From: Nanobdellota archaeon
Lineage (GTDB): Archaea > Nanobdellota > Nanobdellia > SCGC-AAA011-G17 > JACPNG01
Direction: 5' to 3'
Length of the DNA: 64,000 nt
Assembly (NCBI GenBank): GCA_038046345.1
Contig: JBBSWJ010000005.1
Coordinates: forward strand, 24,784 to 88,783
Shown here: positions 43,077-51,115 of the stretch, piece after piece
Layout of the letters: the number at the start of each line of letters is the position of its first letter
How positions within the stretch are numbered: the first letter of the stretch is position 1
Translations under genes and position numbers: made by a program
The notes under the pieces: model-generated
What the model was told of the DNA's origin: nothing
The model's database searches: none
Seen by the model: only the letters and a program-made list of their open reading frames with translations

Positions 43077-43325
43077 ATGGTTGATTACGATTTAGAAATT
43101 GAGGAAGCAGTTCAAATTATAAGCTCAGAAAAAGCCAAAACTGTGCTAGTCCAATTACCTGACGGACTAAAAAAAGAAGCTACTTTAATTTCAAGTATTC
43201 TAAAAGAAAAAACTGGTGCAGAAATTATTATTTGGGCAGAATCTACATTTGGAGCATGCGACATCCCAGACCTACCAGTAGACATAGTTATACAGTGGGG
43301 GCATACTCAATGGACAACCAAATAA
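43077..43325 (+). pseudogene. dph2: truncated dph2 (diphthamide synthesis radical-SAM enzyme), N-terminal ~80 aa only
   Basis: MVDYDLEIEEAVQIISSEKAKTVLVQLPDGLKKEATLISSILKEKTGAEIIIWAESTFGACDIP...IQWGHT matches the N-terminal domain of archaeal Dph2 (first cluster Cys in GACD). A stop follows, and no remainder is seen downstream. Confidence 0.6.
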
Positions 43326-43900
43326 GAGTAGTAATAGCTGGTGGGCCATATTGTGGTAAAACAACAGTAATAAATGAATTAAGCACACAGGGCTTTAGGA
43401 CAATAAACGAAGCAACAACGGAGATTATTAAAAAGGAACAAGAAGCAGGTAATAACGAACCATGGTTAGAAAGAGAAAAATTTCAGAAAAAAATCATGGA
43501 TCTTCAAATTCAACAGTTTAATTCAGCAAAAAATAATGTAATTACTTTTTATGATCGGGGTTTAGTTGATGGATTAGCATACTATCATTTAGATGGCATT
43601 GACCCACCAAAAGAACTAACAGAACATGCCTCAAAAAAAAGGTATAATCTTGTTTTCATTCCGGATCTTATTGAAGGATTCAAACCTGACAAAACTCGTG
43701 GTGAATCACTTGAAGAACGTAAGCTAGTTCATGAGCTTATCAGAAAATGTTATTCTGATCATGGTTATAATGTAATTAATATACCAAGCATAAGCGTTTC
43801 TGAACGTGTATTGTTTATTAAAAAGAAGATTAGCGAGCATAAACTACTTTTAAAAGATAATATACGCCGAGAGCAGGATTTGAACCTGCATATCCGTTAG
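43310..43900 (+). CDS. AAA_28-type P-loop ATPase/kinase-like protein
   Basis: Has VVIAGGPYCGKTT Walker A and FYDRGLVDGLAY. The start is set at MDNQIRV (ATG 43310). The 3' end overlaps the antisense tRNA-Ser. Confidence 0.7.
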   Translation: MDNQIRVVIAGGPYCGKTTVINELSTQGFRTINEATTEIIKKEQEAGNNEPWLEREKFQKKIMDLQIQQFNSAKNNVITFYDRGLVDGLAYYHLDGIDPPKELTEHASKKRYNLVFIPDLIEGFKPDKTRGESLEERKLVHELIRKCYSDHGYNVINIPSISVSERVLFIKKKISEHKLLLKDNIRREQDLNLHIR

Positions 43901-43960
43901 GAAACAAGCTTACTGGTATAATTTCCAGGCTTGCGCAATACCAAGTTATGCGATCTCGGC
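43865..43960 (-). tRNA. tRNA-Ser(GGA) with a 12-nt canonical intron
   Basis: The acceptor is GCCGAGA/UCUCGGC with discriminator G. The anticodon stem is CAAGC/GCUUG and the loop is CU-GGA-A[AUUAUACCAGUA]A. It has a long variable arm (UCC-UAAC-GGA) and T-arm GCAGG-UUCAAAU-CCUGC. Confidence 0.85.
43911..43922 (-). other. canonical (37/38) BHB intron of tRNA-Ser
   Basis: The central helix is CUGG:CCAG and the bulges are AAA and UAA. Confidence 0.75.
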
Positions 43961-44038
43961 ATGTTATTGAAATAGGTATGTCATTAAAAAATGTTTTGTT
44001 AAGAGAATATTTATAATGTTTCATATACCATCGTGATT

Positions 44039-44878
44039 ATGCCATTTAGTAAAAAGAGGGCGGCTATGCTTAGCATGTTTACAGCGCTTGCTATTTCTAC
44101 ATCTCCAGCTGTATTTACAGAAAAGCTTTCAACGAGCAGTGGCCAAGTACACATAAGCCAAGAGACTGTAACCCCCGGCACAAATCGCGTCCCAAAAATT
44201 AGGGCTTATACTCATAAAAGAGTAGTCCAACCTTTACTTTCAAGAAGTATTGATAGCATACTAACTGATCCAGAATCTTATGGAATAATGCCAGCACTCA
44301 TTTATGGAGAAGAAAAACTAATTTATATTCCAGCTTCAGAGTATTTATCATTCAAAGCTAGGCCACATGAGATGAAAAGATGGAGTGATTATCTGAATTT
44401 TTTAACTCCAGAAAACATGACAATAGCAGCACTTGGACAATTATTTACTTTCAGCAGAGACCAAAAAAATGGAACAAAGATTGAAAATACAAAAGCTGAG
44501 CAAGCAGCAGAGGTAGTAAGATTTGTCCAAAACAATGTGTTATATGATGCGATTATTGAAACAGAACAAGACTATATAAGATTCCCAGTTGAAACCTTAT
44601 TTGAAAGAAACGGAGATTGTGAAGACCTAGCCATTCTTGCAGCATCAATAATGCAGTCTATCGGTATCAAAATTGCTATCATAGTATTGCCACCAATAAA
44701 TACCAAGGAAGAAAAGCCTCATGCCGCTCTGGGAGTAACAGGCAATTTTGAAGGAAAATACTACGACGTTGGTAATGAAAGATATTATTATACTGAACTC
44801 AATGGTAAAACAAGAAAGATTGGTAGTTCACAATCAAGGTATAGATATCGAGACGTTATTTTGTATATCCCAGAATAA
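44039..44878 (+). CDS. secreted transglutaminase-like cysteine peptidase-fold protein
   Basis: Has a signal peptide, an NGDCEDLAILAASIMQSIG (Cys) context and a later PHAALGV (His). Confidence 0.5.
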   Translation: MPFSKKRAAMLSMFTALAISTSPAVFTEKLSTSSGQVHISQETVTPGTNRVPKIRAYTHKRVVQPLLSRSIDSILTDPESYGIMPALIYGEEKLIYIPASEYLSFKARPHEMKRWSDYLNFLTPENMTIAALGQLFTFSRDQKNGTKIENTKAEQAAEVVRFVQNNVLYDAIIETEQDYIRFPVETLFERNGDCEDLAILAASIMQSIGIKIAIIVLPPINTKEEKPHAALGVTGNFEGKYYDVGNERYYYTELNGKTRKIGSSQSRYRYRDVILYIPE

Positions 44879-44879
44879 T

Positions 44880-45188
44880 TTACTTCTGTAGGCGTATAAA
44901 TATTTGTACCCACTCAGGTATTGGCAGTCTCATTATCAGCCTTAAGGCCCGTTCATCATCATCTAAATCTATAAGCCTCTTATGTATCCTCATTTCAAAA
45001 TTATCAAAACTAGCTTTTCCATCACCGCATGGGCTTCTTCGTGTAGTAATCTTCAGTTTCTGTGTAGGTAAAGGTATTGGTCCATATACTTTTACTTTAG
45101 TTTTTTTAGCAATACCAACAATAGCAGAACTTATTTCATTCATTGCATCTATATTCGGGCTAGATAGATTTATTCTTGCTTTTTGCAT
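44880..45188 (-). CDS. rps10: ribosomal protein S10 (uS10)
   Basis: MQKARINLSS...GPIPLPT...RSPCGDG...FEMRIHKRLIDL. Confidence 0.9.
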   Translation of the reverse strand: MQKARINLSSPNIDAMNEISSAIVGIAKKTKVKVYGPIPLPTQKLKITTRRSPCGDGKASFDNFEMRIHKRLIDLDDDERALRLIMRLPIPEWVQIFIRLQK

Positions 45189-45289
45189 ACTGATATCATT
45201 TTTATTAGGTTTATAAATATTACCATGATAAAAATTCCATTAAAATAGTCCATAATAATATTTATTAAGATTATAAGCACGCTATAGTT

Positions 45290-46696
45290 ATGGCAATAAA
45301 GATGGGGTTAACATTTGATGATGTTTTACTTGTTCCAAAATTCTCAAATATAACTTCCAGAAAAGATGTAGACACAAGTAGTTATTTAACAAAAAATATT
45401 AAACTTCATGTCCCTATAGTTAGCGCTAATATGGATGTTGTTACCGAATCTCGTATGGCTATATCCATGGCCCGGATTGGTGGTATTGGCTTTCTTCATC
45501 GTTTTATGTCTATAGAAGAAGAGACAGACCGTGTCTTTCGTGTTAAACGCGCAGAAACTATAACCGTTGAGAAGCCATTCACTTTAACTCCTGACAAAAC
45601 CTTAAAAGACGCAAAAAAGCTTATGCAGGAACATGGTGTTACTGGAATTCTTATCACGAACAACCAAAACAAGCTTATGGGTATTCTCACATCGCGTGAT
45701 ATCCGATTTGAAACAGATGATTCCAGGATTATAAAAAGTATTATGACAACAGACTTAATTACCGCCCCGGCCAAGACTTCTTTAGACTCTGCCAAAAATA
45801 TTTTAAACAAGAACAAGATAGAAAAACTTCCTTTAGTTGATTCTTCCAATCATTTAACCGGATTAATCACATCAAGAGATATTCTTAAAAGAAAAGAATT
45901 TCCAAATGCCTCTAAAGACAAAAAAGGCAGGCTGATGGTTGGTGCAGCAATTGGAGTTAAGCCGGGCGAACTAGAGCGTGCTAAGTCATTGGTTAATGCT
46001 GATGTTGATTTATTGGTTATTGACATAGCTCATGGGCATTCTTTATCAGTAATCAAAATGTTAAGAACTTTAAGAAAGAAATTTGATATAGATATTGTTG
46101 CAGGCAATGTAGCAACAATGGACGGTGTTAGAGATCTAACTAAAGCCGGTGCTGACGGTATCAAAGTAGGCATTGGCGGGGGATCAATCTGCACTACAAG
46201 GATTGTTACCGGCTCAGGTGTACCACAGCTAAGTGCAATTATGGCCTGTTCTAAAGCTGCAGCTGGTAAAGTACCAATCAATGCAGATGGTGGTATTAGA
46301 AATAGCGGTGATATCACTAAAGCTTTAGCTAGTGGAGCTAGCACAGTTATGCTTGGTTCATTATTAGCTGGGACTGATGAAAGCCCTGGAATTCATATTA
46401 CTAAAGATGGTAAAAAATATAAAATGACTCGGGGTATGGCTTCTATAAGCGCGCGTACTTCCGTTTCAAAGGATACAAATGATATCCAAGAATACGTTGC
46501 TGAAGGTATTGATGGGCTTGTTCATTATCGTGGTAGTGTTAATGACATCATTCAACAATTAGTTGGTGGATTACGCTCAGGTATGAGTTATTGCGGTGCA
46601 TCATCCATAATCAACTTACAAAAAAATGCTGAATTTGTTAGAATAAGTCATGCTGGATTAACTGAATCAAAATCACATGACATAGAAAAGATGTAA
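45290..46696 (+). CDS. guaB: IMP dehydrogenase with CBS pair
   Basis: Has GLTFDDVLLVP, VSANMDVVTE and GIGGGSICTTR with the catalytic Cys, plus an internal CBS tandem. Confidence 0.92.
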   Translation: MAIKMGLTFDDVLLVPKFSNITSRKDVDTSSYLTKNIKLHVPIVSANMDVVTESRMAISMARIGGIGFLHRFMSIEEETDRVFRVKRAETITVEKPFTLTPDKTLKDAKKLMQEHGVTGILITNNQNKLMGILTSRDIRFETDDSRIIKSIMTTDLITAPAKTSLDSAKNILNKNKIEKLPLVDSSNHLTGLITSRDILKRKEFPNASKDKKGRLMVGAAIGVKPGELERAKSLVNADVDLLVIDIAHGHSLSVIKMLRTLRKKFDIDIVAGNVATMDGVRDLTKAGADGIKVGIGGGSICTTRIVTGSGVPQLSAIMACSKAAAGKVPINADGGIRNSGDITKALASGASTVMLGSLLAGTDESPGIHITKDGKKYKMTRGMASISARTSVSKDTNDIQEYVAEGIDGLVHYRGSVNDIIQQLVGGLRSGMSYCGASSIINLQKNAEFVRISHAGLTESKSHDIEKM

Positions 46697-46697
46697 C

Positions 46698-47978
46698 TTA
46701 TTTCTTAACTATTTCTAAGCACACACCTGCAGCTACAGTTGCTCCAGCGTCCCTAATAGCAAAACTTGCCATTTGTGGAATAACAGATTGTTTTTCTATT
46801 ATTAATGGCTTTGTTGGTTTTATTTTTACTTCAGCAACGTCATCATTTTTTATAAAATCAGGATTTCGTTGAGCTATTTGACCTGTGGTTGGATCAAGTT
46901 TTCCAACTAATTCAGTAAACTGACATGCTACTTGAGCTGTGTGTATATGGAATACTGGTGTATATCCAACGGTTATAACAGTTGGATGATTGATAACAGC
47001 TATTCTAGCAGTAAACTCACTCACTACTGTTGGCGGATTTGTTTCATGGCCTAGTACATCTCCCCTTGCAATATCTTTTTTGCCTATGCCTCTTACATTA
47101 ATCCCTATATTATCGCCAGGTTCTGCCATTGGCACTTGTTCATGGTGCATTTCAATACTTTTTACTTCCCCTCTGACTCCGGTTCCTTCCCTTGCTGGTA
47201 AGATCATTATTTTATCTCCAACCTTCATAACTCCAGTTTCTATTCTAACAACTGGCACAACTCCTATACCGGTTATGTTATAAACATCTTGTATTGGCAT
47301 TCTTAATGGTAACTCGGTTGGTTTTTCGGGTGGTTTGAATAGATCTAATTGCTCCATTAATGTTGGTCCTGTATACCATTTCATATTCTCAGATTTCTTT
47401 ACTATATTATCCCCTTTTAGAGAGGCTAAAGGTATGAATGGCACTTCTTCTACTTTAAATCTTGCACTTTTTAATAATACACTAACTTCATCTTTTACTT
47501 TATTGAATTTTGCTTGATCATATTGGATAACATCCATTTTATTAACAGCTACTGCTAGTTGTTTTATACCAAAAGTTTTACATAGCCACGCGTGTTCTTT
47601 TGTTTGTTCTTTTATTCCTTCTGTTGCTGCTACTACTAATATCCCTACATCTGCTTGTGAAGCTCCTGTTATCATATTTTTCACAAAGTCTTTATGTCCA
47701 GGCGCATCAATTATAGTATATTCATATTTTTTTGTAACTAATTTTTGATGAGATAAATCTATTGTGACTCCCCTCTCTCTTTCTTCTTTTAGAGTGTCCA
47801 TAACAAATGCAAATTCAAACCCAACCTTTCCTAACTCTGCTGCTTTCTCTTTCAATTTTCTCATAGCTTGTTCATCAACATTACCGCTGTCATACAACAG
47901 TCTACCTACGCTAGTGGACTTTCCATGGTCTACATGCCCAACAAATATTATGTTGATGTGTGGTTTTTCCCTTGCCAT
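46698..47978 (-). CDS. tuf: translation elongation factor aEF-1 alpha
   Basis: Has [14 protein letters not shown] and NKMD. AAGGAG lies 7 nt upstream of the ATG. Confidence 0.95.
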   Translation of the reverse strand: MAREKPHINIIFVGHVDHGKSTSVGRLLYDSGNVDEQAMRKLKEKAAELGKVGFEFAFVMDTLKEERERGVTIDLSHQKLVTKKYEYTIIDAPGHKDFVKNMITGASQADVGILVVAATEGIKEQTKEHAWLCKTFGIKQLAVAVNKMDVIQYDQAKFNKVKDEVSVLLKSARFKVEEVPFIPLASLKGDNIVKKSENMKWYTGPTLMEQLDLFKPPEKPTELPLRMPIQDVYNITGIGVVPVVRIETGVMKVGDKIMILPAREGTGVRGEVKSIEMHHEQVPMAEPGDNIGINVRGIGKKDIARGDVLGHETNPPTVVSEFTARIAVINHPTVITVGYTPVFHIHTAQVACQFTELVGKLDPTTGQIAQRNPDFIKNDDVAEVKIKPTKPLIIEKQSVIPQMASFAIRDAGATVAAGVCLEIVKK

Positions 47979-48261
47979 TAGTTTACTCCTTTAATTTTAT
48001 TGTTTTTATTGCATTTCAGATTAAACCTACTTTATAAAGATTTCTATTTGCCAGTTTTTGCCAGATCACCTACAGCTATTAGTCGGTCGTTCTAAACAAG
48101 TTTATGCTGAAGAAAAGAACATTATAAATAAAGCTAAACAGGTATTATAGACTCCTTGGAATTTCTCAAATTCTTTTACTTTAATCTTTTTATTTTTTTT
48201 ATTTATCATACTGGAAAGATACAAGCTTTCTTATATTTCTCTTCTTCCTTTCAAAAGTAGG

Positions 48262-48359
48262 TAAGAGCATCACAAAGGTTAAATGAGTATTCCAGATATT
48301 GGCTCCACCACGCAGCCCAAACCAAATAGATACTCTTAAAAGGCAGTTCTGTGCTCTTA
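48262..48359 (+). ncRNA. candidate structured RNA or 5'-UTR element (unknown class; strand uncertain)
   Basis: The closing stem is taagagca/tgctctta (8 bp). Nested stems are gagtat/atactc, cca/tgg and ggct/agcc. It forms a local GC-rich island in AT-rich intergenic DNA, just upstream of the zinc-ribbon ORF. Confidence 0.3.
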
Positions 48360-48388
48360 TGTAAGAATGCATATATGGAGGAACCTAA

Positions 48389-48559
48389 ATGAGCTTTGAT
48401 AATAGAAACCGGGACGGTTTTCGTAACGATGGCCCTAAAGAAATGCACAAAACGAATTGTACAGATTGTGGAGCTGACTGTGAAGTACCTTTTAAGCCTA
48501 CAGTAGGAAAAGCTGTTCGTTGTGCAGAATGCTTTAGAAAAAGTAAAGACAGAAGATAA
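48389..48559 (+). CDS. small zinc-ribbon protein (56 aa, CxxC-x17-CxxC)
   Basis: Own translation: MSFDNRNRDGFRNDGPKEMHKTNCTDCGADCEVPFKPTVGKAVRCAECFRKSKDRR. GGAGG lies 8 nt upstream of the ATG. The C..C..C.VPFKP....PV.C..CF pattern recurs in small archaeal and bacterial proteins. Confidence 0.65.
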   Translation: MSFDNRNRDGFRNDGPKEMHKTNCTDCGADCEVPFKPTVGKAVRCAECFRKSKDRR

Positions 48560-48694
48560 TCTTGAATTTTTATCCAAGTCTAGGCTTGGATTTTACTGTT
48601 TTTTTTAAAAAACTTAGATACTTGATACATTTAGGATAAGCTATTCGTAAATTTTTTTTAGTTGTATTTAGCTTATTGGTTTAAGTCACCTAAT

Positions 48695-51049
48695 TTAATC
48701 CCGTCTTTTAACATAGAAGTAACCTACTATAATTAAAACAATAACAATTATTGTTACAATCCACATAATCCTTCCAAATCCTTTCTCACTAATCTTTTCT
48801 TCAATATCTCCGCTAACAGTAGGAATTTCTTCACTTGGTGCTGATTCTTCTTCGGCTACAACCTCAAGATCTTTTAGTTTTAAAACAGTAATTGTTGCAA
48901 CCCCGTTAGTAATGCTTTCTAAAGTTACCTGTGCATTAGGTGTTCCGTCTCCGTCCATATCAACATCCTTTGTTTCTCCAACACTTAATGTTACTTCAGC
49001 TTTGTAACTTTCAATAGTAAAAGTTAAAGTATTCTCATTTACTTTAACAAAAGTGATAGTATGCGCATCAGTGCCACTTAAACTAAATACCTTAATACTG
49101 CCTTGCGATCCAACAAAAGTGGTCTTATCACTTGTACTCAGGTCTGCGTCTAATACTAGTTCCTCACCAGATCTGCTAATACCGCTCCCGCCGCCCGAGC
49201 TTGATGCATCTCCGCCGCCAGTGCTAGTGAAAACAATAAACGTTATTATACCAGTGCTAGTTGTAGTGTGCACAACTTGATCTTTTGTTGTGCATTCAAC
49301 ATTATAAGTACCTGCTTCATTAGTATCAGTATTCTTAAATTCTTGATCACTGCAAGTTTCGCTGGTTTTAGTAATAGTGCTACCACCTGGTTTAGTTATC
49401 TTAATACTACAAGTGTTCATACCACTTACACTATCAGTTCCAGAGCAGCCATATTTTATGCTGCTGAATGGATTGATATTCTTGTCTGCTGGTTCTGTAA
49501 GCGCAACAGTAGGCACCCCTCCGTCAAGAACAAAACTGCCTCTGTAATATTTTGGCCATTGAGCTACTGCAGTTGAATTTATCTTAATAATAAAATTAGT
49601 ATAATTTCCATCGCTGCTATCATTTGCTACACCTTTGCCAATAGTACCGTTATATAGCGTGATATTAGTTGCTCCATAAGCACCTGTAGTTATGTTTGTT
49701 AGGTTTAAGTAACCATTCGCAGCAACCCCATTATTTTCCTCTGTTCCAAAATCTGCAGTAGTATTAAATGTAAAATAACCATAAGCATTTTTATTTCTTG
49801 TATTTGCTGCAACAGCAATTACCCCGCCACTGCCTTCGATTGTAAAGGTTAGCAATGAATTTGCCTGTAAGTACCCTACACCACTCCTTCCAGACCCTAG
49901 TTGGTTTTTATCAAAATCCAATACATTTCCTGCTTCATCAGTTATGTTTAAAGCAGTTATATTAGGCTGACCGTCAAGCCCTATAAACATAAATGGATTA
50001 TCTGTTAAGAAATTATTATCTGATGTGTCATTAATTGTAATGCTATTACCAACTGTATCATACGCTCTTATCACGAATGTTGTTGCATTCCCTTTAGTAT
50101 CCCCCTTATCATTTCCATCAGATCCAGTTCCAACACAGTCTAAATCAATAACCCCTTCGTATGTTCTATTACCAGATTGTGTATCGCTTGTTGTCATTGA
50201 AACATTTCCATACTGCCCTGTAGAAGCAGTTTCTGTAGTTGATGCAGTAGCATTGCTGCTGTTGCATACATAATAAAGGTCTACTGTATCAAAATGGGTA
50301 TCTTGAAGATCAACTTTTACTGTTGTATTTTCTATTGGCATATAAGCCCCATCATTATAAGATCCGGTTTGGAACAAAAGTGATGCCTGGCCAGTCCCAT
50401 TTGCGCGGCTAAAATTCCCTCCAACTAAACCATCAGAGATATTTATAGACATTATTTGTGGGTAGTAAGTGTCTATATAAGTGTACATAAGTGTTGAGTT
50501 TGTTGCTGATGTGCTATCAGCCATATAAATAGTTACATTCCAGTCCTGTCTGCGGCTATGTCCAATACCATCCACTTTATCTGCTGTAAGGTTTACACTG
50601 AATATATAATGACCTGGTAATGTTCCATTATCTGTATTATTCCACCAAATATTACTTAACGTCCCGTCCGTGCTGTTACCAAAGTTCCAGCTTCCTGAAC
50701 CATTTGTTGCATTTGCATGTCCATCAACACCAACAGAACCGATACCATTTGATCTATTAAAATCAAGTCCTGAAGGTTGAAAAGTAAAATTACTAGGAAT
50801 TGTTATATTAACCACTGAAAAATTTGCAGAATCTGCGCTATTAAAAATAATAGAAAAATTAAATCTTACATTTGTGTTGTTCCTTTGAACTATCCCCGAA
50901 AATGCCGTTGTTGTTGCTACTGTGTCGCTTATACTTAAATTTGATCCTGTATTTGCAGTGGTATCAAGATCTGCAATAGTAACACTAAAATGGAATAATC
51001 CAAACAGTAACAGTACAATCATCAATTTAATTTTTGTATTCAATAACAT
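48695..51049 (-). CDS. large surface (S-layer-like) protein, sequon-rich, with C-terminal TM anchor
   Basis: Has a signal peptide, dozens of N-x-S/T sequons, a Gly/Ser linker, and a C-terminal TM IMWIVTIIVIVLIIVGYFY followed by KRRD. Confidence 0.75.
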   Translation of the reverse strand: MLLNTKIKLMIVLLLFGLFHFSVTIADLDTTANTGSNLSISDTVATTTAFSGIVQRNNTNVRFNFSIIFNSADSANFSVVNITIPSNFTFQPSGLDFNRSNGIGSVGVDGHANATNGSGSWNFGNSTDGTLSNIWWNNTDNGTLPGHYIFSVNLTADKVDGIGHSRRQDWNVTIYMADSTSATNSTLMYTYIDTYYPQIMSINISDGLVGGNFSRANGTGQASLLFQTGSYNDGAYMPIENTTVKVDLQDTHFDTVDLYYVCNSSNATASTTETASTGQYGNVSMTTSDTQSGNRTYEGVIDLDCVGTGSDGNDKGDTKGNATTFVIRAYDTVGNSITINDTSDNNFLTDNPFMFIGLDGQPNITALNITDEAGNVLDFDKNQLGSGRSGVGYLQANSLLTFTIEGSGGVIAVAANTRNKNAYGYFTFNTTADFGTEENNGVAANGYLNLTNITTGAYGATNITLYNGTIGKGVANDSSDGNYTNFIIKINSTAVAQWPKYYRGSFVLDGGVPTVALTEPADKNINPFSSIKYGCSGTDSVSGMNTCSIKITKPGGSTITKTSETCSDQEFKNTDTNEAGTYNVECTTKDQVVHTTTSTGIITFIVFTSTGGGDASSSGGGSGISRSGEELVLDADLSTSDKTTFVGSQGSIKVFSLSGTDAHTITFVKVNENTLTFTIESYKAEVTLSVGETKDVDMDGDGTPNAQVTLESITNGVATITVLKLKDLEVVAEEESAPSEEIPTVSGDIEEKISEKGFGRIMWIVTIIVIVLIIVGYFYVKRRD

Positions 51050-51115
51050 GCACCTCTATTTTTTTAATAAAATTATAATAAACCACTAACTTATAAACCT
51101 TTCTTAAAAAATTTA

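Noticed and set aside
48262-48359. Considered whether the structured element is the missing 5S rRNA.
   Set aside because: It is only ~98 nt between the closing stems. On neither strand could I place the loop C (CGAAC...AAGUUAAGC) or loop E motifs at the right positions.
48251-48577. 108-aa minus-strand ORF between the S-layer-like gene and aEF-1alpha.
   Set aside because: It has no coding-like features. It covers a plus-strand zinc-ribbon gene with a good SD and a structured element, so the plus-strand interpretation is preferred.
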